Below the pieces are notes generated by a model that did not search any database, was not told the DNA's origin, and saw only the letters and a list, made by a program, of their open reading frames with translations. The translations under genes and the position numbers were made by a program. This document shows, in pieces, positions 9,733 to 18,555 of a stretch of DNA of 64,000 nt (position 1 is the stretch's first letter; each line of letters begins with the position of its first letter). The stretch is from an uncultured Opitutales bacterium. Lineage in GTDB: Bacteria; Verrucomicrobiota; Verrucomicrobiia; Opitutales; Intestinicryptomonadaceae. Location of the stretch: positions 24,379 to 88,378 of the forward strand of contig CALXLN010000088.1 of the NCBI GenBank assembly GCA_944389215.1. The letters are read 5' to 3'.

Positions 9733-10110
9733 ATGAAATCAAAGACAGCTCCAATCATCATCGCAATTTTAATACCTGTTATTTCTGTGATGACGGCAAT
9801 CGCCTTAATTTATTTAAAAAAAAGCTCGGCGTCAAACGATAGTGAATTTTCCTATGCCGCATATATCGCAAATCCGCTCTCTTTGAATGGAAACAATTAT
9901 TTGCTGCGCGCGGAGTTTGAGCTTCAGTTGGCTTCATTGGACAACGGAGGTCGCGTGGTTTCTGTGCGCGATTCGGCGTCAGGCAAAAAGTTGGCGGTCT
10001 TTATTCCATCTGGAATAGAGGCGAATATTATGACGCACCAGCGCTACGAGATGGATGTTACCGTAGGCGACGGGGGGCGGATTATTGTAAATTCAATGCG
10101 AAAGTTTTAG
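9733..10110 (+). CDS. Hypothetical membrane-anchored protein with small beta-rich (possibly OB-like) domain
   Basis: N-terminal TM plus about 90-aa alternating beta pattern; first gene of a tightly spaced operon. Confidence 0.7.
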   Translation: MKSKTAPIIIAILIPVISVMTAIALIYLKKSSASNDSEFSYAAYIANPLSLNGNNYLLRAEFELQLASLDNGGRVVSVRDSASGKKLAVFIPSGIEANIMTHQRYEMDVTVGDGGRIIVNSMRKF

Positions 10111-10119
10111 GAGTAAATT

Positions 10120-12105
10120 ATGAAGATACTTTGCGCAATTTCGGCTTTGCTTATACTAGGCTGCCCCTTTTTTGCTTGCGGGCAAAATTTGAAAATGTTT
10201 CCCAATGCTATCCCAGCCGGCCAGCCCGCTTCGGCCGCGGGGGCAAATTTTTCTCCGCAGGCTACTTCCGCGCCTTTGCAGCAGGGAATGCCGGCGGCTC
10301 CTATTGCCTCTCCGGCAACAGGAGCTAATGGAAATCCATCTATGGGGATTTTTGAAAGCGCCGGCGCAGAGAGAACTATGGACAAGATTTTCGACGTCAA
10401 TAAGGATTCCTTCGACCTCAACGACGGAATGGTCCATTGGAAGGGAAAAACTTTTTCTTTGGGAGATTCTCGCATCGTGCGCGCGCGCTTTGAGCGATAT
10501 TTGTCGACCCCCGTGGATTTGCAAAATTTTGAGCACTACACGGCGATTTTAGACGAAATACAGGCACAGCTTACAGTGCAGGATTTGACTCTTGAAAAGG
10601 AGGATATTTATCTCCGCGTGCGCGGGGCGTGGTCGCGGCTTTTCGATGCGGCGGAGTATGTTTACGACGGCAAGTCGTCGCTTTCCATCGCCAATGTCGT
10701 CGCGCAAACATGGCGGATGCAGTCGGATTTTTACGCCTTCAAGCATCGGGAATCTTTGGACAAGCTTGAGTTGGACAGGCGAAAAACAGGGTCTCTCGGA
10801 AGGGTGCTTGGCGCTGCAAATGAGAATATACGCCTGTCGAACGTCTCCACAAAAAAACAGGCGGCTTTGGTTAAGGAGGTCGCAGCCGCGCGCATGTCTC
10901 TGACAAAACAGTTGGATGCAGAGTACGTAGCCGAGGCAGCAGCCACGGTTGGAGCGTCCACCATTGCGCGCCAATCCACCGCTTTGAACGCCATTTTTGA
11001 GTTTCAATCCGCCATACTGACATTTTTTATGGAGCGCAAATTCCAGCAGGCTCAGATTTCCTCGATGTTTTACAAAAACATGTTTAGGGGATCTCGCCAG
11101 GATTTGCAGGTGGGCAAAGAAAAAATAACGGAGATTTTCGGGCTTACAAACTACGTCCCGCAAATAAGCCTCTTTGAGTCAATGGCAACCGAAGCGCGCA
11201 AGGATATTTCGGACGGAATGAGGTCGGTGAACTATCTTTACGATTCGGGGCAGCTCTATTCGGCTTTGGAGCGCTTGATGGAAACATTTGTGCTCGGAGA
11301 ACACGAACCCGTATTGCAAACTTTCCCTTTTGAAAAAAAGCAGCGGCTGTTGGAGGTTTACAAAAAGACTTCCACAATAAAGAAACTTGCCGACGCAAAA
11401 GACTGGGGAACTCTGGAGTCTATCGCAAACGAGTTGGGCGAAATCGCGAATGATTATCCTATCGCGGAAATTATGTCTAGAGTCAAAGCGGCTCAGCGCG
11501 CCAGCAATATGTGCGTGCTTTCGGCAAAACAAGCGGCTTCGCTTGGGCAAATAGACGAGGTCAAGGCAGCGCTTACCAAAGCCGCCGAGTTGTGGCCGCT
11601 CAATCCGTCGATTGAAACTTTTAACGAGGATCTTGTCAGAATGACGGAGGGCGTTTCAAAGTACGTGCAGAAGTTCGACGAACTTTACAATCGCGGAAAT
11701 TTCCGCGATATCGTAGCCGAAGCTCCAGAGTACGGAATGGCTTTGCGCCAAGATAAAGCCCGCGCGGATAAGTTGCGGGAAATAGTGATAAACGTGTCGC
11801 GCGTGGATTCGCTAATTGCGCAGGCGAAAGAGTTTGAAAAACAGCGCAATCCTTATTTTGCCTGGGATATTCTTGAAAACGCGCGCGAGGTGGCGCCAGA
11901 CGACCCGGTTTTGGCGCGCGCTTTCGCCGATTTGGCACCGGAAGTTTCGGACTATGTAAAAACGCTTAGTAAAGCTCAAAAATCGGAGGAATCCGGTGAT
12001 TACGCGGCGGCGTTGAATTATTTTCTGGCTGCTCAGGATATTTTCCCTGCGTCTCAGGCTTGCCGCTTGGGAATAGAGCGCGTTGCCGCAAAGTATATGA
12101 AGTAG
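10120..12105 (+). CDS. Secreted hypothetical alpha-helical protein with C-terminal TPR-like repeats
   Basis: 661-aa ORF, AGGAG RBS, signal peptide, Pro/Ala/Gln linker, TPR-like motifs (KAAELWP, AREVAPDD, AALNYFLAAQDIFPAS). Confidence 0.8.
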   Translation: MKILCAISALLILGCPFFACGQNLKMFPNAIPAGQPASAAGANFSPQATSAPLQQGMPAAPIASPATGANGNPSMGIFESAGAERTMDKIFDVNKDSFDLNDGMVHWKGKTFSLGDSRIVRARFERYLSTPVDLQNFEHYTAILDEIQAQLTVQDLTLEKEDIYLRVRGAWSRLFDAAEYVYDGKSSLSIANVVAQTWRMQSDFYAFKHRESLDKLELDRRKTGSLGRVLGAANENIRLSNVSTKKQAALVKEVAAARMSLTKQLDAEYVAEAAATVGASTIARQSTALNAIFEFQSAILTFFMERKFQQAQISSMFYKNMFRGSRQDLQVGKEKITEIFGLTNYVPQISLFESMATEARKDISDGMRSVNYLYDSGQLYSALERLMETFVLGEHEPVLQTFPFEKKQRLLEVYKKTSTIKKLADAKDWGTLESIANELGEIANDYPIAEIMSRVKAAQRASNMCVLSAKQAASLGQIDEVKAALTKAAELWPLNPSIETFNEDLVRMTEGVSKYVQKFDELYNRGNFRDIVAEAPEYGMALRQDKARADKLREIVINVSRVDSLIAQAKEFEKQRNPYFAWDILENAREVAPDDPVLARAFADLAPEVSDYVKTLSKAQKSEESGDYAAALNYFLAAQDIFPASQACRLGIERVAAKYMK

Positions 12106-12111
12106 CCTGCT

Positions 12112-12675
12112 ATGTTAAAATTTCTATATTACGTGTTTTTGCGTTTAGTGGGCTACGCGCTTACTTACTCGCTATTTGCGGCATTTGGGGCGATGTGCGC
12201 ATTCTTATATTTGGCTTCCTCGTACGTTCCGCATGCGGAATACTCCGCCGACGCTTCCGGCAAACTTGCCAACTTCCTGAGCGCGCCGGACGGGGCGTCT
12301 GAGTCGTTTTCATGCGGAGAGTTGGACGGCGGCGCCTTTTGGATTATTAGGAGGTCAGGGAAACGCGACGGAAACGCAACTGTAATGCCTATTTTCCCGA
12401 GATTCTTTTTTAAAGAGGGATGTTTGGAGGTGTCGGTTCCGATTGCCGTAAATGTGGCGTCGCGCCAATGGGATACGCGGGCGAGATTTTTATTTAACGA
12501 AGACTGCAGCTTAAAAGCCGCGTATATTGGGCGGGCTATTGTCCCGGATTTCGCCAGAGCCGCATTTTGTGGGGAGATTTTAAAATATTACAAGGGAGCA
12601 AAAAAATATATCGAAGCCGCTGAAAAGATTCGCGGCGTGAAAATCAAAGGCGACACTGTGGTGCTGACGAAATGA
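12112..12675 (+). CDS. Hypothetical membrane-anchored protein
   Basis: N-terminal hydrophobic segment; 6-nt gap to upstream gene and ATGA overlap with downstream gene. Confidence 0.65.
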   Translation: MLKFLYYVFLRLVGYALTYSLFAAFGAMCAFLYLASSYVPHAEYSADASGKLANFLSAPDGASESFSCGELDGGAFWIIRRSGKRDGNATVMPIFPRFFFKEGCLEVSVPIAVNVASRQWDTRARFLFNEDCSLKAAYIGRAIVPDFARAAFCGEILKYYKGAKKYIEAAEKIRGVKIKGDTVVLTK

Positions 12676-14597
12676 GAGGGAGCATTTTAATATTTTTGCT
12701 TGTGTCAGTTTGCGCGGTGCATTGTTCGGCGGCGGCTGAAAAAGCGTTAACGCTTGCCGAGAAATTGGCAATAGCCAAAAGAATGGCGGACGATGCCGTT
12801 GCCGGAAAAGCCGAAATGGGGCGCGTTGTTTCAGGAGAGTTTAGTTTTAACGATATAGTAAAAGAATACCGCTCCAAAGATTTGCCGGCAAGCGCATCAA
12901 TTCAGCTTGCAACAGGCAGAGACATCACGGAACATAAACCGGAAGAACCAAAAACGGCGGAAGCGGTGTCGGGCGAATCAAAACATGCAGATTCTGAATC
13001 TCTGCCGGGCGAGCCCGTCGTGGAAAAAATACCGGAAGATTCCGCGGTAAAAGTAGAGCGCATAGAAGACGAAAGACGGCGCGCGGAGATTTCTGAAAAA
13101 TCGGATATTATAAAAAAGAGGGCTTTTGAGGAAAAAGTTGAAATAATTGAAATGGACAAGCGCCCGGATGGCTTCCCGAAAGCCGAATCTCTGCCGGACA
13201 AACCTTCTGGGAAAGCCGAAAAATATTCCGCCGACACGGAAAAGCGCGCCGCGGAGAAACCGCGTCCCGAAACAGAACCTGCGGATTCCGGCGCTAAGGA
13301 TTTAGAAAAAAAATCGGATGAAAAATCCGGAAAAGACGCTTATGTCGTCGACACTTCTGGCGAAGATTTCATAAACGGATATTTTGTAGGTAAAATCGAC
13401 GGGAAACAGGTAAAAAGCGACAAAAAAGACTTTGAGGTTCGGGATGAGAAAAAAGACGGCGCATCCCAGCCTCAGCAGCGCTATTACAGCGCGCAGAACG
13501 GAATGTTCTATCTTGTTACAGACAACCATTTGGCAATAGGGGTTGGAAACGATTTTATCCGAATGTGTTCGGCTCTATTTAGCGCGTATTTCTCGGAAAC
13601 GGGCGCGCCAATACATTTCACGCGCAAGATAACTTTGCAGTTGGTCTCTGACAAAGACTTAAAAATCGAAGGAGACTTCTCTGTTATGCTTTATGACGAC
13701 GGTGAAGTTACTCTGGCTGCAAAATGGTCGGACGATTTGGACTTCGACGGCTTTTGCAAGCTCCTTACGGGCGCCGCGCTGCGCAAGGTATCGTTGGAGA
13801 GCGGAGGCCTTGAAAATTGGAAAAATCCCCCATACTGGTTGGAGCTTGCCATGGCTCAAGCCTTGGCGCAGGAGATGCGTTTTGGCACGGCTATAGATTT
13901 GGCGAGAATCGCCGCCGACAACCCGCCTGCGGACGTTAAATCCATTCTTAGGTTTTCCCGTTCCGACAAAATCGACCCGCGCATAATGGACGCGCATTCG
14001 TATTGGATGTTGAGGTCTGCTGAAAAAGCGTCCCGCAACGGCAACATGCTCGCAAAATTCTTGAAATTTGCGCTGAAAAACCAAGACGCCGACAAGGTCG
14101 CCAAAGCTTTCGCCAACGCGTTCGTTCCGCCTGTTTACGATTTCGATACATGGTGGAGATGTCTTATAACCGGCGAAATTTGGGCAAGACTCGGCGGCGT
14201 AAACAATCCCGACTGGTCGGATTCTGAAATAATGCGTTTGGCGATAATCCAGACTGACAGCGAGTCGGGGGAGCGGATTGGGGTTTCCGATTCCGACATC
14301 TTTAAAAACCGCGATTACATATTGGACGAGTTGGAAATGCGCCTTATGGAAATAAAAGTGGCTATGACAAAAATCAATCCGCTGTATTATAATTGTTTGG
14401 TTTCCCTCGGAAGGATGTACGAGGCCGCTTTGGACGATGAAGAAGACGATTTTGCGGCGGCGCATTCGGATTTTCTGCGCGAATATAAAAACGCCAGAAC
14501 AATGTCTGCCTCGGTAAAGGAAATGATGCGCGAGGAACTTGTTCCGGAAAAATTTTCAGGCGATGGCAATAATGAGCCTCCCAAAGCGCAAAACTAA
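12672..14597 (+). CDS. Secreted hypothetical protein: charged linker plus C-terminal domain resembling a degenerate MA-clan metallopeptidase
   Basis: 641-aa ORF, signal peptide, K/E/D/S/P-rich linker, PPYWLELAMA and AHSYWML motifs, no HExxH. Confidence 0.7.
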   Translation: MRGSILIFLLVSVCAVHCSAAAEKALTLAEKLAIAKRMADDAVAGKAEMGRVVSGEFSFNDIVKEYRSKDLPASASIQLATGRDITEHKPEEPKTAEAVSGESKHADSESLPGEPVVEKIPEDSAVKVERIEDERRRAEISEKSDIIKKRAFEEKVEIIEMDKRPDGFPKAESLPDKPSGKAEKYSADTEKRAAEKPRPETEPADSGAKDLEKKSDEKSGKDAYVVDTSGEDFINGYFVGKIDGKQVKSDKKDFEVRDEKKDGASQPQQRYYSAQNGMFYLVTDNHLAIGVGNDFIRMCSALFSAYFSETGAPIHFTRKITLQLVSDKDLKIEGDFSVMLYDDGEVTLAAKWSDDLDFDGFCKLLTGAALRKVSLESGGLENWKNPPYWLELAMAQALAQEMRFGTAIDLARIAADNPPADVKSILRFSRSDKIDPRIMDAHSYWMLRSAEKASRNGNMLAKFLKFALKNQDADKVAKAFANAFVPPVYDFDTWWRCLITGEIWARLGGVNNPDWSDSEIMRLAIIQTDSESGERIGVSDSDIFKNRDYILDELEMRLMEIKVAMTKINPLYYNCLVSLGRMYEAALDDEEDDFAAAHSDFLREYKNARTMSASVKEMMREELVPEKFSGDGNNEPPKAQN

Positions 14598-14637
14598 GTT
14601 GCATACTTATATCGCGTGGCTTGATGGCAATTAATGC

Positions 14638-14665
14638 TTGACTCTAATAGGCGCCGCAATAGGTT
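14638..14665 (+). promoter_or_regulatory. Putative sigma70 promoter of tatA
   Basis: TTGACT-N16-TAGGTT, ending 10 nt before ATG 14676. Confidence 0.4.
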
Positions 14666-14675
14666 TGTAGCTCTT

Positions 14676-14924
14676 ATGAATAACATTCTTGCATTCGGTA
14701 TGCCGGGCGGTCAGGAAATGATCGTCATCTTGGTTATAATACTTCTTCTGTTCGGTGCGAAGCGTTTGCCGGAACTTGCCAAAGGTTTGGGCAAATCAAT
14801 CCGCGAATTTAAGAAGGCGACCAGCGAAGTTGAAGAAAACATTCGCGACGCAATGAAGGAGGAAGATACCAAGAAGCCGGAAAGCAAGCCTGAAAAGACT
14901 GAAACTCCTAAAGGAGACGAGTAG
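14676..14924 (+). CDS. tatA: Twin-arginine translocase TatA/TatE subunit
   Basis: [40 protein letters not shown]. Confidence 0.95.
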   Translation: MNNILAFGMPGGQEMIVILVIILLLFGAKRLPELAKGLGKSIREFKKATSEVEENIRDAMKEEDTKKPESKPEKTETPKGDE

Positions 14925-14960
14925 AGGTTTTTCACGCTGTTAGCATTTCTTGCATTTTAT

Positions 14961-15000
14961 AAAAAAAGCGTTTTGGATTTCTTCCTTAACGCTTTTTTTT
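14961..15000 (+). terminator. Rho-independent terminator after tatA
   Basis: A7-GCGTT...AACGC-T8 inverted repeat. Confidence 0.75.
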
Positions 15001-15013
15001 AATCCTAAAATTT

Positions 15014-16912
15014 ATGAGCTTGATTTCACTTAGCGGAGTTTCGTTGCGTTTTGACAACAAGATTCTTCTCGACAAGGCGAATTTAAACATCGCCCAGGGC
15101 GACACTATTGCGCTTGTCGGCCGCAACGGCTGCGGCAAAACCAGCATGCTGAAAATAATTGCCGGAGCTTGCGAGCCCGACGAGGGTCTGGTGGAGCGCG
15201 TAAAGGGTGTGAGAACCGCGTATATGCCGCAAGACGTTCCAATGGATTTGAGCGGAACGATTTATGATGTGGTGTCGGAAGGCCTTGGCGAGGCCGGCGC
15301 GGAATTGAGAAAATACAGGCGCCTTGTCAAACAGGTTGAGGAAGGATGTTCGGCGGAAATCCACGACGAATTCGACAGGCTTGCGCACAAGTTGGACTCC
15401 CAAAACTTTTGGAGCGCTGACGTTGAAATATTGTCTATAATAGACCGCATGGAACTGAATCCGGAGCTTGATGTGCGGAGCGTTTCGGCGGGGCTCAAGC
15501 GCAGGGCGTTGTTGGGCAGGGAACTTGCCGCAAATCCCGAAGTTTTGCTGTTGGACGAACCAACAAACCATCTGGATATAGATTCCGTAGTGTGGCTTGA
15601 AAAATTTTTAAAGGCTTGCTCAAAGACAATTGTATTCGTTTCCCACGACCGCGCCTTTATTCAGAATTTGGCAACTAGAATAGTCGAGATAGACAGGGGA
15701 AATCTTATTTCTTTCGATTGCGATTTTAAAACTTTCGAGCGCCGGCGCGACGATCTCTTGCTGGCCCAGGAGCGCAACGAAGCCGTGTTTGACAAAAAAC
15801 TACTTCAGGAGGAGGCGTGGCTGCGGCAGGGAGTAAAGGCGCGCCGCACCCGGAATGAAGGGCGGGTGAAGGAGCTTATGCGCCTGAGAAAAATCCGCAG
15901 CGAACGCCGAGCGCGGCTTGGGGTTGCCGATATGCGAATACAAGAGGCTTCTGCAACCGGTCAAAAGGTAATGGACGTAAAAAACATAAGCCTTTCCTTC
16001 GGCGAAAACACTGTAATAAGAAATTTTTCAACCACTATTTACCGCGGGGATAAAATCGGCGTAATCGGAAGGAATGGAATAGGAAAAACAACTCTGCTTA
16101 ACGTGCTTTTAGGAAACTTAAAACCAGATTCAGGGGAAGTGTCCTACGGTACGCGGCTGCAAATAGCCTACTTCGACCAGTTGAGAAAAAAATTAACCCC
16201 GTCAATGCGCCCGTTTGATTTCGTGGGAGACGGTGCGGATTTTGTTACTATTGGCGGGGCGCGCCAAAACGTAATGGGATATTTGCAGAATTTTCTGTTT
16301 GAGCCCGAACAAATTTGCGGCGAAATAGCGATGCTTTCCGGCGGCGAAAAAAACAGGCTCATGCTCGCCAAACTCTTTGCTTCTCCGGCCAACGTCCTCG
16401 TGCTCGACGAACCCACCAACGATTTGGACATGCAGACGATAGAGCTTCTGGAGAATTCGCTGGTCTCGTTTCCCGGGACGATTTTAATGGTATCGCACGA
16501 CAGGGCTTTTTTAAACAATATAGTTACGGGCGTGTTTTGTTTTGAGGGCGGCGGAAATATAGTCGAGCTTGTCGGCGGATACGACGAATGGGAAAGTTAC
16601 AGTAGGCGCAAATTGGAATCTGAGTCTGAAATTCGCAAAGACAAGCCCGCTCAGGCCGTGTCGCAAAAAAAGCGCTCCAAATTTACAAATAAAGAGCGAG
16701 AAGAATTTGAACGTCTGCCAAAACAAATCGAGTTGCTTGAAGCAGAACTTGCCGAATTGGAAGCGAAACTGGCTGACAGCGAGTACGTCGTAAGCCACGT
16801 GGACGAGCTGGCAAAGATAAACGACCGCATGGCTGAAATACGCGCTGAGGATGAACGCCTGTTTGAGCGGTGGTCTGAATTGGAGGAACGCCGGCTGCAG
16901 ATGGAGTCGTAA
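15014..16912 (+). CDS. uup: ABC-F ATPase, Uup-like
   Basis: Two NBDs (GRNGCGKT, GRNGIGKT, LLDEPTN twice), linker QEEAWLRQGVKARRTRNEGRV, C-terminal coiled coil, no TM. Confidence 0.92.
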   Translation: MSLISLSGVSLRFDNKILLDKANLNIAQGDTIALVGRNGCGKTSMLKIIAGACEPDEGLVERVKGVRTAYMPQDVPMDLSGTIYDVVSEGLGEAGAELRKYRRLVKQVEEGCSAEIHDEFDRLAHKLDSQNFWSADVEILSIIDRMELNPELDVRSVSAGLKRRALLGRELAANPEVLLLDEPTNHLDIDSVVWLEKFLKACSKTIVFVSHDRAFIQNLATRIVEIDRGNLISFDCDFKTFERRRDDLLLAQERNEAVFDKKLLQEEAWLRQGVKARRTRNEGRVKELMRLRKIRSERRARLGVADMRIQEASATGQKVMDVKNISLSFGENTVIRNFSTTIYRGDKIGVIGRNGIGKTTLLNVLLGNLKPDSGEVSYGTRLQIAYFDQLRKKLTPSMRPFDFVGDGADFVTIGGARQNVMGYLQNFLFEPEQICGEIAMLSGGEKNRLMLAKLFASPANVLVLDEPTNDLDMQTIELLENSLVSFPGTILMVSHDRAFLNNIVTGVFCFEGGGNIVELVGGYDEWESYSRRKLESESEIRKDKPAQAVSQKKRSKFTNKEREEFERLPKQIELLEAELAELEAKLADSEYVVSHVDELAKINDRMAEIRAEDERLFERWSELEERRLQMES

Positions 16913-16970
16913 GGCGCTTCTTAGAAAATACGGCTTGCGCTGCTAACTTGTGCGCGGATTTGTTTAAATG

Positions 16971-16997
16971 TTGACATTTATATTCTCTTGTTAGACT
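16971..16997 (+). promoter_or_regulatory. Putative promoter of pta
   Basis: TTGACA at 16971 and extended -10 TGnTAGACT; spacer only 15 nt. Confidence 0.4.
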
Positions 16998-17055
16998 TTA
17001 AAAAAACAACGCGGCTGATTTGCCGACTGTAAACCCCCAATTAAATACTACGAAA

Positions 17056-18093
17056 ATGGCACTAGTTCAAAGACTTTCAGCAAGACTTCAAAACCACCCC
17101 AAACGAATAGTTTTTCCGGAAGGTTTCGACCAGCGAATTCTTCAGGCGGCGCGCCAGTTTGCAACCCGTAAACTGGGAGTTCCAATCCTTTTGGGCGACA
17201 AGGCTCATATAGAGGAACAGGCAGCCAAATACGATGTGCGCCTTGACGGCATAAAAATAATAACCCCAGAGTTGTCCGACGATTTCGCCGATATTCTAAG
17301 ACTTTTGGGCGGGCTTCCAAAATTTAAAGATTTTACAAAAGAAGAACTTTTTGAGACTGCAAAAAATCCGGCTTATTACGCCACTATGATGTTGGCCACG
17401 GGCAGGGCGGACGCTATGGTTGCTGGTGCCACCGTCGCCACGGCAAGCACATTGCGTCCGATTTTTCAAATAATACCGCTTCAAAAAGGCTTCTCTGCGG
17501 CAAGCTCTATGATGGTTATTTCTACGGGCAACGAAGAATTGGGAATTCGCGGAGATTTGTTTTTATCAGACTGCGGAGTTATTCCTGAACCCACAGATTC
17601 CCAGCTTTGCGATATCGCAATTACCACTGCCGTTCTTGTAAACCACTTGACTCTTGAAACTCCAAGGGTTGCTATGCTCAGTTACGTTTCAAAGCTGCCG
17701 TTTGCCAAACTTCCAAGCATAACAAAGGTAAAATCCGCCACGGCTCTGGCGCACGCCAAAGCTCAAGCTGAAAATCTTAAGATAGAGATTGACGGGGAGT
17801 TGCAAGTTGACGCCGCTTTGCGTCCGGAAGTAGCTGCGGCAAAGGGTATTTCCAGTTCCGTAGCCGGCAAGGCCAATGTTTTGATTTTCCCGGATTTGAG
17901 TTCCGGAAATATCGCCTCAAAAATGTTGCAGGCGCTTTCCGGCGCAAATTGCTACGGACAAATTCTTACGGGGCTTACCAAGCCTGTAGCCGAGATCTCG
18001 CGCGGCGCAACCGTAAACGATATTTTTGGAACGTCAGTTATAGTCGGCGCACAGGCGGTTGACAGGCGTTTCCTTTCTCCCGAGGCGATGTAG
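17056..18093 (+). CDS. pta: Phosphate acetyltransferase / phosphate acyltransferase (PTA_PTB)
   Basis: RIVFPEG, DGELQVDAA, GKANVLIFPDLSSGNI, ISRG..D. Start ATG 17056 (alternative TTG 17020). Confidence 0.9.
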   Translation: MALVQRLSARLQNHPKRIVFPEGFDQRILQAARQFATRKLGVPILLGDKAHIEEQAAKYDVRLDGIKIITPELSDDFADILRLLGGLPKFKDFTKEELFETAKNPAYYATMMLATGRADAMVAGATVATASTLRPIFQIIPLQKGFSAASSMMVISTGNEELGIRGDLFLSDCGVIPEPTDSQLCDIAITTAVLVNHLTLETPRVAMLSYVSKLPFAKLPSITKVKSATALAHAKAQAENLKIEIDGELQVDAALRPEVAAAKGISSSVAGKANVLIFPDLSSGNIASKMLQALSGANCYGQILTGLTKPVAEISRGATVNDIFGTSVIVGAQAVDRRFLSPEAM

Positions 18094-18502
18094 CAAGGGA
18101 GGGAGGTATGCCAAAGGACTCGCGCAGAAAAATTGTGCCCGCGGCGCAGTTTGCGGAGAGTTTGCTTGTCTGGCGTGGAATGCGGTTGTTCAATGTTATT
18201 GTGCTAAAATTTTGGCGTGTCCGCGCGGTGCAGGTCGGCGCGCATAGAAACTGTCAAATATATCGCAGAGGCGCGTTGTAAAATGCCGGATGGCTCTATG
18301 GCTGCGCTAGAAAATATTAAGAGATTGTTTTTTTCCAAGTATGCTGATTGCGCTTGTACGCGCGGTGGAATAATACGCGAAGCATGCAATTGTGAAACAT
18401 GTTTGCTGCGCAATAAGAATGCGCGAGTATGGCAATTGTGGAATGTGTTTGCTATGCGGCAGTATTGTAAGCGGAATGGAGTAGCGGTGTTTTGCAGCCA
18501 AT

Positions 18503-18535
18503 AAAAAATGGATTGCCTGCGGCAACCCATTTTTT
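18503..18535. terminator. Bidirectional terminator between convergent transcription units
   Basis: AAAAAATGGATTGCC-TGC-GGCAACCCATTTTTT hairpin with A and T tracts on either side. Confidence 0.8.
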
Positions 18536-18555
18536 CAATGCGGAACCTATAAACT

